Part shown: one piece after another, positions 1-8,967 of the stretch
Layout: every line of letters begins with the position of its first letter
Position numbering within the stretch: position 1 is the stretch's first letter
Assembly: GCF_000284455.1 (NCBI RefSeq)
Contig: NC_017039.1
Coordinates: forward strand, 2,790,001 to 2,822,000
DNA: 32,000 nt
Source of the DNA: Synechocystis sp. PCC 6803 substr. PCC-P
GTDB taxonomy: Bacteria; Cyanobacteriota; Cyanobacteriia; Cyanobacteriales; Microcystaceae
Reading direction: 5' to 3'
Program-made: the position numbers and the translations under genes
The notes under the pieces: model-generated
What the model was told of the DNA's origin: nothing
The model's input: only the letters and a program-made list of their open reading frames with translations
Database searches by the model: none

Positions 1-1
1 C

Positions 2-829
2 ACCATCACGGCGTTGGTGGGTAAACGGGATTTGATTTTAGCGGACGAATATAACCATTCCAGTCTGAAGCGTGGAGCCCAGTTGAGTGGAGCCAAGGTA
101 ATTAACTATGACCATGGGTGCCCAGAGGTTTTGACCGATCTATTAATGAAACATCGAGACAATCACCGTCGTTGTTTGATTCTCAGTGATGGGGTGTTCA
201 GTATGGATGGCGATTTATGTCCCTTGCCCCAGTTAGTGGCGATCGCCGAAGAATTTCAAAGCATGTTGCTAGTGGACGATGCCCATGGCACTGGCACTAT
301 GGGAAAAATGGGCACGGGCTGTCGAGAACACTTTCAGTTACCGGTGGGAGATTGGATTCAGGTGGGAACCCTCAGTAAAGCTCTGGGGAGCCTGGGGGGT
401 TATGTGGCTGGTAGTGCATCTTTGATAGATTTTCTGCGCAATCGAGCTGCCACTTGGATTTATACCACCGGCCTTTCACCGGCTGACACCGCCGCTGCCC
501 TGGCGGCCATCCAACTGATCCAACGGGAACCAGAACGCATTGTCCAACTCCAGCTCAACGTTGATTACCTAGCCACAGGGTTGGAAAGTCTGACAAAATT
601 AAACTTTCGGCGATCGCCAATTAATTCCCCCATCCTCTGGGTAGGGGCCGCCAATCCAGCCATGGCTCTGGAAATGGCCAAGCATTTACGAGAACAGGGC
701 ATTTTTGCCCCGGCCATTCGTCCCCCCACGGTTCCCCACAGTCGAATACGTTTTTCGGTCATGGCCACCCACTCCCCAGGGCACATTGACCAACTATTAG
801 AAGTACTGGACCACTATTACCCCAATTAG
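2..829 (+). CDS. bioF: 8-amino-7-oxononanoate synthase / alpha-oxoamine synthase family PLP enzyme, 5' truncated by window edge
   Basis: Frame is open from base 2. PLP-lysine motif [15 protein letters not shown], plus [12 protein letters not shown] and [13 protein letters not shown] typical of the AONS family. Confidence 0.85.
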
Positions 830-986
830 AGTTGCCTTTGACGGTGCATAGTTGTCAGTCTCCCTACTTACCCCTTGAACATCACATCCCCGCCATGGGA
901 CAGTGAACTCAGTAGAGGTTTTGGTTAAACTGAAAGTGAAACCAGCCATATCTTTTGATTTTTCACAGTAAGAGTAAGCATTATCA

Positions 987-1748
987 ATGGGCGACACTAT
1001 TACCCTCCTTTCCCGCCGAGAAATAGAAAAAATGCGGCAGGCGGGCCAACTAGCGGCGGCCCTACTTGATCACCTAGCGCCAATGGTGCAACCGGGCATA
1101 ACTACCCTAGAGCTGAATGACGAAGCGGAAAAATGGACGAAAGCCCACGGAGCCATCAGCGCCCCCCTTGGTTATAACGGTTTCCCCAAGTCTATTTGCA
1201 CCAGCATCAATGAAGTTATCTGCCATGGCATTCCCCACCGCAAACGGGTATTGCAGGCAGGAGACATCATCAACGTTGACGTTACCCCCATTGTGGACGG
1301 CTACCATGGCGACTGTTCCCGCACCTTTTTTGTCGGTACTCCCAGCCCAGTGGCAGAAAAACTGGTCAAAGTCACCGAAGAATGTCTACGCCTAGGCATT
1401 GAAGCAGTTAAACCCGGCGGTAAAATTGGTGATATTGGGGCCGCCATTCAAAGCCACGCTGAAGCCCAGGGATTTTCCGTTGTTCGTGATTTTGTTGGCC
1501 ACGGCATTAGCAAAATTTTCCATACCGCTCCCCAAATTCCCCATTATGGCAAAGCAGGCAAAGGCAAAAGATTACGCCCAGGGATGGTGTTTACCATTGA
1601 GCCCATGATCAATGAAGGCACCTGGGAAGCGGTATTACTAGATGATGGTTGGACTGCCATCACCAAGGACGGTAAGCTCTCCGCCCAGTTTGAGCACACC
1701 ATTGCCGTCACTGAAGATGGAGTGGAAATTTTGACCCTAGGGGAGTAA
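987..1748 (+). CDS. map: Type I methionine aminopeptidase (short form)
   Basis: 253 aa. Motifs [87 protein letters not shown]. Confidence 0.95.
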   Translation: MGDTITLLSRREIEKMRQAGQLAAALLDHLAPMVQPGITTLELNDEAEKWTKAHGAISAPLGYNGFPKSICTSINEVICHGIPHRKRVLQAGDIINVDVTPIVDGYHGDCSRTFFVGTPSPVAEKLVKVTEECLRLGIEAVKPGGKIGDIGAAIQSHAEAQGFSVVRDFVGHGISKIFHTAPQIPHYGKAGKGKRLRPGMVFTIEPMINEGTWEAVLLDDGWTAITKDGKLSAQFEHTIAVTEDGVEILTLGE

Positions 1749-1753
1749 ATACG

Positions 1754-2209
1754 GTGAAAAGTTGGCAAATCGAACTTTTATACGACGGTGAATGTCCCCT
1801 TTGTCTGAGGGAAGTTAATTTTCTCCGTAGTAAAGACCAGGGCCGGGGCTTAGTTAACTTTGTGGACATTGCTCAGCCGGACTACAATCCCCTAGACCAT
1901 GGCGGTGTCAGTTTTGAGGATGCCATGGCCCGTATCCATGGGGTGAAGGCTGACGGCAGTGTGGTAAAAAATGTGGCCGTTTTCCGAGAAGTTTACGAAA
2001 TTCTCGGTATCGGCTGGCTATATGCTCCCACCCGTTGGCCCATTATCGGACCCTTGGTGGATAGAATTTACGACTTTTGGGCCGATCTCCGTTTGAGCTG
2101 GACTGGGCGGTCAAGCCTAGCGGAAATCCTTGCCCAGCGGGAAAAGGGAATGTGTGCCACCGATGGTTGTGCATTGCCGGTTACCAGTGGTGTTGAGGGT
2201 AAGCCCTAG
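1754..2209 (+). CDS. DCC family (thiol-disulfide oxidoreductase-like) protein
   Basis: N-terminal LLYDGECPLCLREVNFL matches the DxxCPxC signature of the DCC family. A slightly upstream start is possible. Confidence 0.85.
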   Translation: MKSWQIELLYDGECPLCLREVNFLRSKDQGRGLVNFVDIAQPDYNPLDHGGVSFEDAMARIHGVKADGSVVKNVAVFREVYEILGIGWLYAPTRWPIIGPLVDRIYDFWADLRLSWTGRSSLAEILAQREKGMCATDGCALPVTSGVEGKP

Positions 2210-2225
2210 GTTTTTGCGACAATAA

Positions 2226-2708
2226 TTGAAGGCCATTGAAAAGAATACAGGCATAGTCGTGAATTTTCGTAACCCAGTTCCCACGGTGGATTTGATCATC
2301 GAAATGATTGATCAACCCCGCCGACCTATTTTATTAATTGAGCGGCAAAATCCGCCCCACGGCTGGGCCCTGCCCGGAGGCTTTGTGGACTACGGCGAAA
2401 CCCTAGAAGCGGCAGCCCTGCGGGAAGCCAAGGAAGAAATTTCCCTGGACGTCCAGCTTATCGAAATGTTTTATGCCTACTCAGATCCCCGCCGGGATCC
2501 CCGGCAACACACCCTCAGTGTGGTATTCCTGGCGGCGGCCACCGGCAAACCCCAAGCGGCGGACGATGCTAAAACCGTTGGCTTTTTTGATTTGTGGGAA
2601 TTTCCCGACCCAGTTTGCTTTGATCATGGACAAATTTTGCGGGATTATCGCCGCTACCGCTATTATCGTCAACGCCCCGATCCCCACCGGAATTATTTGG
2701 GGGACTAA
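2226..2708 (+). CDS. NUDIX hydrolase, ADP-ribose pyrophosphatase-like
   Basis: Nudix box [21 protein letters not shown] matches GX5EX7REUXEEXGU. Confidence 0.9.
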   Translation: MKAIEKNTGIVVNFRNPVPTVDLIIEMIDQPRRPILLIERQNPPHGWALPGGFVDYGETLEAAALREAKEEISLDVQLIEMFYAYSDPRRDPRQHTLSVVFLAAATGKPQAADDAKTVGFFDLWEFPDPVCFDHGQILRDYRRYRYYRQRPDPHRNYLGD

Positions 2709-2765
2709 CGGGCAAAGCATTAGTTCCTTGGCTCCTTCTAGACCAATAGTGCAAATCTAACAAAT

Positions 2766-3203
2766 TCAATGGGGGATGGCTTCCGAACAAATATTGTTGA
2801 TGAATTTCACCCCATCTTCCTTGGGTATCAGTTCTTGTAAATAAAAATCCACCGTTTCATTACTTTCGTTGGTCACTAGCACCTTAGCTTGGTGCCCCTT
2901 TTGTAATACCTCACGGCGATCGCACAGTTCGTAGGCAAAAATAATCAGGCGATCGCCTGGTTGACAAAGCAAGGCGGCTCCACCGTTGGGGCAAATTTCC
3001 TTGGAATGGGCTTGACCGGGCAGGACATAGGTGGAAAAGCGATTACCGTTGCTGAGATTGATAATATCCACCTCCTCTAGGGGCAACAATCCCACCCGCT
3101 CCAACATTACTGGGTCAATGGTGATACTGCCCACATAATTAACATTGGCCTCCGTCACACAGACCCGATGTAATTTTGCGTGCATCAAACGAATGCTCCC
3201 CAT
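2766..3203 (-). CDS. panD: Aspartate 1-decarboxylase
   Basis: [58 protein letters not shown], with the GS processing site. Confidence 0.92.
   Translation of the reverse strand: MGSIRLMHAKLHRVCVTEANVNYVGSITIDPVMLERVGLLPLEEVDIINLSNGNRFSTYVLPGQAHSKEICPNGGAALLCQPGDRLIIFAYELCDRREVLQKGHQAKVLVTNESNETVDFYLQELIPKEDGVKFINNICSEAIPH
2946..2959. repeat. HIP1 octamer (GCGATCGC) within a 14-nt palindrome CAGGCGATCGCCTG
   Basis: Direct reading; one of many HIP1 sites in the window. Confidence 0.95.
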
Positions 3204-3253
3204 TAAGCCCTAACCTCGGTGAAAAAACGGTATTGGCACTGTCCGTTATCGTG

Positions 3254-4228
3254 TTAACCGTCGCTAACCATGGCCAACGCCACATCAATATTAAGGCGAA
3301 CTGCTTCTGCAGAAAGATGGAGGGCAGCTTTTTCTTCAGGGGTTAATTGCACTTCGAGAATATCTTCCACTCCTCGACACCCCAAACGGCAGGGCACTCC
3401 AAGGAAAATGTCCTTCAATCCATAGGCACCATCAAGGTAGGTGGCGGCGGGGAGAATTCTAGACTGATTGCGTAAAATGGACTCCACCATCACCGCAGCG
3501 GAAGAGGCCGGCGCATAATAGGCTGTGCCCGTTTGTAGTAAGGCGGCAATTTCAGCCCCACCGTTACGGGTACGCTCCACCAACTCTTCAATGGTTTGGG
3601 GGGGTATTAATTCGGTAATGGGAACCCCGCTGACGGTGCAGTATCGTGGCAAGGGCAGCATCAAATCTCCGTGCCCGCCCAGCACTAAGGTGTTGATATC
3701 AGAAGGACAGGCCCCTAATTTCATCGCAATGAAGGCCTTGAGCCGAGCCGAGTCCAACACCCCCGCCATGCCCATAACCCGTTGGGAAGGTAAACCAGTT
3801 ACTTTCCAGGCCAAATAGGTCATTACATCCAGGGGATTGGTGACCACAATCAAAATGGCGTTGGGGGAATAACGCAATGCTTCCCGGGCCCCCTGGGCCA
3901 CAATGTTGGCGTTTTTGCCCAACAAATCATCCCGACTCATGCCGGGCCTGCGGGGTAGACCAGCGGTAATTACCACCACATCGGAGCCGGCGGTGGCCTC
4001 GTATTCATTGGTGCCAATGATTTTGCTGTCGTATTCCTCCACGCTCTGGGCGGCCATCAAATCCAAGGCAATGCCCTGGGGTAAGCCTGGCACAATGTCC
4101 AACAAAACTACGTTGGCGACATTTTGCTGCACTAACCTCTGGGCAAGGGTCCGCCCCACATTGCCAGCGCCGACCACGGTAACCTGCCAGGACTGACAGG
4201 CGATCGGAGCATACTCCAAAATATTCAT
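3254..4228 (-). CDS. mdh: Malate dehydrogenase (LDH-like MDH)
   Basis: VTVVGAGNVGRTLAQRL Rossmann motif, ITAGLPRRPGMSRDDLL, VTNPLDVMTYLAWKVTGLPSQRVMGMAG, GGHGDLMLPLPR. Track ORF extends to 4264; internal Met (MNILEYAP) at 4228 is the likelier start. Confidence 0.92.
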   Translation of the reverse strand: MNILEYAPIACQSWQVTVVGAGNVGRTLAQRLVQQNVANVVLLDIVPGLPQGIALDLMAAQSVEEYDSKIIGTNEYEATAGSDVVVITAGLPRRPGMSRDDLLGKNANIVAQGAREALRYSPNAILIVVTNPLDVMTYLAWKVTGLPSQRVMGMAGVLDSARLKAFIAMKLGACPSDINTLVLGGHGDLMLPLPRYCTVSGVPITELIPPQTIEELVERTRNGGAEIAALLQTGTAYYAPASSAAVMVESILRNQSRILPAATYLDGAYGLKDIFLGVPCRLGCRGVEDILEVQLTPEEKAALHLSAEAVRLNIDVALAMVSDG

Positions 4229-4265
4229 GGCACCCTCCGGGGTGTTGATGGTGGAGAAAAGCAAC

Positions 4266-4484
4266 CTAAGCCAGGGCTTCGATTTGGTCTAAGCGCAGCC
4301 AGACGTTGGGGGTAGGGACATAAAATCGCACTAGGGCATATTCTTCGTTTAAATCCAACACTTCTCCTTTGCTATGGAAAAGGTAGTCGGGTAAACGGCG
4401 ATCGCTGGCTTGGGCTTCAAGGCTGTTTTCCAATTGTGCGCGGATAACCCGCACTAAACTGCCCTTTTTCATTTTAGCGGCCAT
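4266..4484 (-). CDS. ndhO: NAD(P)H-quinone oxidoreductase subunit O
   Basis: 72 aa from [44 protein letters not shown] to [16 protein letters not shown], recognised as cyanobacterial NdhO. Track ORF starts earlier at 4541. Confidence 0.9.
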   Translation of the reverse strand: MAAKMKKGSLVRVIRAQLENSLEAQASDRRLPDYLFHSKGEVLDLNEEYALVRFYVPTPNVWLRLDQIEALA

Positions 4485-5025
4485 GGTTTTGCCCTCGTTG
4501 GGAGACTGGGAAATTAACTCTAAATTGTTACATAACCCCAAAATTTTGTAATTCTTATTTTTGGCTAGTTTCTCCCCAGGCCATTCCCCAGACTTTCCCC
4601 AGTGATTCCCCCAGTTAGCGGATTTTATCCCCAGGAGGTTAAGGTTTTTAGGCTATTTCTTAACCCTGACTGGGCCGTGGGCACCCTAGGGGTGGGGGAA
4701 TTTTTTAGGGTTTTGACGCTAGGGATAGTAGGAATATTTTTCTGGCGATCGCCGCCTGGGGAATCCCAGAAAAAATTAGAGAGAGTTGGTTAAAGCCCTT
4801 TTATTGTTAAGTTGAGTTAAGTAAAAATAGCTCAAATTCCTATAGTTTCGTTAGCAAAAATGAGAAATGCCCACCGGGGCAAAATTTTCCGCCATTGACA
4901 GCCAGGGGAATTCCTCGATAAAACTATTGGGCACACAGCAGAAAAACTTTGGGTGTGGGGCCGTAATCTTCAGCCGGCCAAGTTATTCCCCAAAGCAGCT
5001 CCGCCCTTTGACAGAGAGAAGAACC

Positions 5026-5253
5026 ATGGATACCTCCGTTAGTGTTTTTGCTGAAATTCCCGAAGACCTGCACCAGTCCTTGACCACCTATCTGGATAAA
5101 CATCCCCATTGGGACCTAGACCGGGTGTTTTCCGCTGCCCTGTCCCTGTTCCTGCTGCAAAATGAGGGAGGCTACGGCACCAAACCCATGTCCACCAGTT
5201 ACAAAGCCTGTGCCCGGGTCTATCTGGAAACTTTATTGCAAACTGCCGAATGA
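5026..5253 (+). CDS. DUF2811-like small protein of unknown function
   Basis: MDTSVSVFAEIPEDLHQSLTTYLDKHPHWDLDRVFSAALSLFLLQN. The internal ATG at 5026 is preceded by purine-rich AGAGAGAAGAA. Overlaps the next gene by 4 bp. Confidence 0.75.
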   Translation: MDTSVSVFAEIPEDLHQSLTTYLDKHPHWDLDRVFSAALSLFLLQNEGGYGTKPMSTSYKACARVYLETLLQTAE

Positions 5254-5834
5254 TTCCCAAGTTAATTGTGGGTTTGGGTAACCCTGAGCCGAAATATGAT
5301 CAAACTCGCCACAACATTGGTTTTGCGGTGGTGGATGCGTTGGCGATCACCTGGCAGTGTTCTTGGTATGACCATAAGCGCTTCCAGGGCTGGTTTGGCG
5401 AAGGGCTAATGGCCGGACAAAAAACCTGTTTGCTCAAACCCCGTACCTATATGAATCGCTCTGGCCAAGCTGTGCGGGCGGTGGTGGACTGGTACAAACT
5501 CGACCCCCAGTCGGTGCTGGTGGTCTATGACGATATGGATTTACCCCTGGGCCGATTACGCCTGAGACAAACGGGTTCCGCCGGGGGCCATAACGGGATG
5601 AAATCCCTGATTAGTCATTTGGGCACCCAGGATTTTCCCCGCCTCCGGTTAGGCATTGGCAAAAGTGACGGCAGTAAAGACACCATCGCCCATGTGCTAG
5701 GCAAATTTAGCCCGTCGGAATTACCCATCGTCGAGAAAAGCTTAGACCTGGCCACGGAGGCGATCGCCCATAGTCTGCACCATGGCATTGCCAAAACCAT
5801 GAGTTTATTTAATAATCGTGACGTCTGCCCTTAG
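5250..5834 (+). CDS. pth: Peptidyl-tRNA hydrolase
   Basis: LIVGLGNPEPKYDQTRHNIGFAVVD, KPRTYMNRSGQAV, VVYDDMDLPLGRLRLRQTGSAGGHNGMKSLI, FPRLRLGIG. Confidence 0.96.
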   Translation: MIPKLIVGLGNPEPKYDQTRHNIGFAVVDALAITWQCSWYDHKRFQGWFGEGLMAGQKTCLLKPRTYMNRSGQAVRAVVDWYKLDPQSVLVVYDDMDLPLGRLRLRQTGSAGGHNGMKSLISHLGTQDFPRLRLGIGKSDGSKDTIAHVLGKFSPSELPIVEKSLDLATEAIAHSLHHGIAKTMSLFNNRDVCP

Positions 5835-5896
5835 GTAATGGGATTAATGGGGTATGATGGGAAGTCGGCAAATTATTACATTTCTTGGGAATTTCG

Positions 5897-6238
5897 CTTG
5901 TGACTACAGCCGAAGCAGCATCTACCGTACACACCAGTTTCATTCTTAAAGTCCTCTGGCTCGATCAAAACGTGGCGATCGCCGTGGATCAAATTGTGGG
6001 CAAAGGCACTAGTCCCCTCACTTCCTACTTCTTCTGGCCCCGGGCCGATGCTTGGCAACAACTGAAAGACGAACTCGAAGCCAAACATTGGATCGCCGAA
6101 GCGGACCGCATTAACGTCCTCAATCAGGCCACCGAGGTGATCAACTTCTGGCAGGACTTGAAAAATCAAAATAAACAAATCTCCATGGCCGAGGCCCAGG
6201 GTAAATTCCCCGAAGTGGTGTTCAGCGGCAGTAACTAA
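5897..6238 (+). CDS. ycf65: Plastid-specific ribosomal protein 3 homolog (Ycf65/PSRP-3/cS23)
   Basis: [50 protein letters not shown] start at 5897 preferred over the track start at 5885. Confidence 0.88.
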   Translation, partial: LVTTAEAASTVHTSFILKVLWLDQNVAIAVDQIVGKGTSPLTSYFFWPRADAWQQLKDELEAKHWIAEADRINVLNQATEVINFWQDLKNQNKQISMAEAQGKFPEVVFSGSN

Positions 6239-6572
6239 ATCCCCCCGGGGTGAGGAAGAAAAAATATTTTCATATTCCGATATCCACTGGCTGTGGCGGA
6301 GAAATTGTTTCCCTGGGGACAGTCAAAAAACAGCACTGTTCCCTCCCTGGGCGCCTCAAAAAATCGATATGCTACCGTAAGGTCGAGGGGAACTTCCCCA
6401 TGGCCAGACTGTCATAGCCTCTGGTTTGGGAGGGCTGACCATGCCTTGGCTACAAACCTTTTCTTTTCGGCGATCGCCATTTTCCTTGGCCCGCAGACAT
6501 TTAAAAAACAAGATTTTCGTGAAGATTAAATCAATATTTTTATTGTCATTACTTTTTGAGGCGACAGCAACA

Positions 6573-7301
6573 ATGAAATCCTTACTCCGCATCGGCGCAA
6601 CCCTCGGTCTGATTGGTACCACCGCGATTGGTACCTGGTTAGGTACCACCCTCCAGGCCTTAGCCTTGCCCACCGAAGAGGTAGTCAAAATTCTTCAAGG
6701 GGTGCCGGTTTTTACCATTGTGGATGCCCAGGGAGCCCCCTTAGTGGCCGTCGGTAATGACAACGAAAAAGTTACCGGTGTTTTCATTAGTCAACAAGAA
6801 GCCAATGGCTTTTTACAGGAACTGAAAAAACAAAAACCCGACGTTGGTTCCCAGGTCAGTGTTCAACCCGTTTCCCTGGGGGAAGTAGTGAAAATTGCCC
6901 AGGCCAATGCGAACCAGACCGACCCCCTGGGTTTTGCCTATGTGCCCATCCCGGCCCAGGTGCAAGCAGCTCAGCAAATGCCCAATTCTGAATACCAAGG
7001 GGGAGTACCCCTATTCGTAGCCAGAGGGGGAGAAGACCAAGGTTACCTTACTATCCAACAGGAAAACGAGCAAATTATTCCTTTCTTCCTGGAGGCTAGT
7101 CAAATTCAGCAAATGGTGGAACGGTTTAAGCAAGAGCAACCTGCCATGGCCGACAGCATCGTGATCGACGTGATTGCCATGGAGAATGTTATTTCTACCT
7201 TACAAACCAGTGACGATGCCATGCTCAAGCAAATCCGCATTGTGCCTACCCAGGAAGCCATTCAATTTATCCGTTCTTTATCCGCCCAACAACCTAAGTA
7301 A
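6573..7301 (+). CDS. Tic22-like protein
   Basis: MKSLLRIGATLGLIGTTAIGTWLG signal-like N-terminus, then EEVVKILQGVPVFTIVDAQGAPLV and GGVPLFVARGGEDQGYLTIQQENEQIIPFFLEASQIQQMVERF, as in cyanobacterial Tic22. Track ORF starts at 6426. Confidence 0.8.
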   Translation: MKSLLRIGATLGLIGTTAIGTWLGTTLQALALPTEEVVKILQGVPVFTIVDAQGAPLVAVGNDNEKVTGVFISQQEANGFLQELKKQKPDVGSQVSVQPVSLGEVVKIAQANANQTDPLGFAYVPIPAQVQAAQQMPNSEYQGGVPLFVARGGEDQGYLTIQQENEQIIPFFLEASQIQQMVERFKQEQPAMADSIVIDVIAMENVISTLQTSDDAMLKQIRIVPTQEAIQFIRSLSAQQPK

Positions 7302-7366
7302 TCCCTGGAGTTTATCTCTAATCTAAGGGCTTAATGGGGGCAAATAAATTACCACTTACCTCGAAT

Positions 7367-7412
7367 CAGGGGGGAAGGATGGGAAATAACTTTGATGGAT
7401 TATCCCCCCCTG
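7367..7412. other. GC-rich inverted repeat upstream of the natB-like gene
   Basis: CAGGGGGG (7367-7374) pairs with CCCCCCTG (7405-7412) across a roughly 30-nt loop. Confidence 0.5.
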
Positions 7413-7477
7413 GCCCTGCATTGATGAAGTCACCACACTGGGTTGCCGAAGGGACCATGGCTAACTATATTTAACCC

Positions 7478-8842
7478 ATGAATAACCTTGTGGGAGATTT
7501 TTTCAGGATGCGTCTATTTTGGCCCCAGTCCCGTCGTCGGTTGACGGCGATCGCCTTGAATCTAGCCCTTGCTGGCACCACCGCCGGACTAATGTTTGCC
7601 TGTGCTGAACCAGAACCTACCCCTGGGGACGGAGCTAGTCAACCCAGCACCGGGGGAGAAGGAGGAGCGCTAAAACTAGGGGCCCTGCTGCCGGCTACGG
7701 GGGATCTATCTTCCATCGGGCAAAATATGCCTTTAGCGGTGCAATTGGCGGTGGATACCATCAATGCCTGTGGCGGCGTCAATGGCCAAGACGTAACGGT
7801 GGTGATTGAAGATGATCAAACCGATCCCACCGCAGGGGTTTCCGCCATGACCAAATTGGCAGAAGCGGATCAGGTAGCTGGCGTGGTAGGTTCCTTTGCC
7901 AGCAGCGTTTCCAGTGCGGCGGTGCCCATCGCAGTGAGAAACAACATTATGATGATTTCCCCGGGCAGCACTAGTCCTGTGTTTACTGACCAGGCCAAGA
8001 AGGGCGAATTTAAAGGCTTTTGGGCCCGTACCGCTCCTCCCGATACGTACCAAGCCCAGGCCCTAGCTGCCTTGGCCAAGAAACAAGGTTTTACCGACGC
8101 CGCCACCGTGGTTATCAACAATGACTATGGTGTGGGGTTTGAAAAAGTATTTGTGGAATCCTTCACCGCCGATGGCGGTAATGTGACCAATAAAGATAAC
8201 CCGGTGCGCTACGATCCCAAGGCGGCAACGTTGGATACGGAAGCGGCCCAGGGCTTTGCCAATAGTCCTGACGCTGTGGCGGCTATTCTTTATGCTGATA
8301 CGGGGAGTGTGTTGGTGCAATCGGCCTACCGCCAGGGCTTAATGGATGGAGTCACCCTACTATTAACGGATGGCGTTTATTCCCCCGATTTCGTTGAAAA
8401 AGTAGGCAAAGATGCCAATGGAGTTTCCCTTTTATCTGGGGCCCTGGGTACGGTACCCGGTGCCGATGGCAAATCCCTGGAAGCCTTCACTGCCCAATGG
8501 AAAGATGCCACTGGCGGTAAGGACGTAACTGCGTTTGTGCCCCACACCTACGATGCCACTGTTTTGATGATGTTGGCGGCAGAAGCTGCAAAATCTAATA
8601 CAGGAGCGGGGATCCAGAGCAAAATCCGGGATGTCTCCAATGGTCCAGGGGAAGAAGTGACCGATGCCTGTGAGGCGATCGCCATGGTGCGGGAAGGCAA
8701 GGACATTAATTACCAAGGAGCCAGCGGCAATGTGGACATCGACGAAAATGGTGATGTGGTAGGTACTTACGATGTCTGGACGGTGAAAGGGGATGGCACC
8801 CTAGAGGTAATCGATAAAGTTACCCCCGGTTCCGGTTCCTAG
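7478..8842 (+). CDS. natB: Branched-chain/neutral amino acid ABC transporter periplasmic substrate-binding protein, NatB-like
   Basis: KLGALLPATGDLSSIGQNMPLAVQLAVDTINACGGVNG, Peripla_BP_6-type fold, lipoprotein-like LMFACAEPEPTP near the N-terminus. Actual start may be downstream of 7478 (MRLFWPQSRRR). Confidence 0.85.
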   Translation: MNNLVGDFFRMRLFWPQSRRRLTAIALNLALAGTTAGLMFACAEPEPTPGDGASQPSTGGEGGALKLGALLPATGDLSSIGQNMPLAVQLAVDTINACGGVNGQDVTVVIEDDQTDPTAGVSAMTKLAEADQVAGVVGSFASSVSSAAVPIAVRNNIMMISPGSTSPVFTDQAKKGEFKGFWARTAPPDTYQAQALAALAKKQGFTDAATVVINNDYGVGFEKVFVESFTADGGNVTNKDNPVRYDPKAATLDTEAAQGFANSPDAVAAILYADTGSVLVQSAYRQGLMDGVTLLLTDGVYSPDFVEKVGKDANGVSLLSGALGTVPGADGKSLEAFTAQWKDATGGKDVTAFVPHTYDATVLMMLAAEAAKSNTGAGIQSKIRDVSNGPGEEVTDACEAIAMVREGKDINYQGASGNVDIDENGDVVGTYDVWTVKGDGTLEVIDKVTPGSGS

Positions 8843-8897
8843 TACTTCTCCGTAAATTGTCTTGACCAATTTGATCAGTTTTAATTAACCATTAATG

Positions 8898-8931
8898 GCC
8901 CCCATCGGTTGCTCCAGGGGGCTTTTCTTTT
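8898..8931 (+). terminator. Rho-independent terminator downstream of natB
   Basis: GCCCCC (8898-8903) / GGGGGC (8917-8922) stem followed by TTTTCTTTT. Confidence 0.75.
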
Positions 8932-8967
8932 AGAGCGGTTTGGCGTTTTTCAACTTCGATCTTTCCC

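Noticed and set aside
797-997. 66-aa minus ORF between the bioF-like and map genes
   Set aside because: No family resemblance and overlaps the map start; not supported.
4602-4793. 63-aa ORF between ndhO and the DUF2811 gene
   Set aside because: No recognisable domain, likely noncoding. A short hairpin around the HIP1 site (TTCTGG...CCAGAA) was noted, but support for it is weak.
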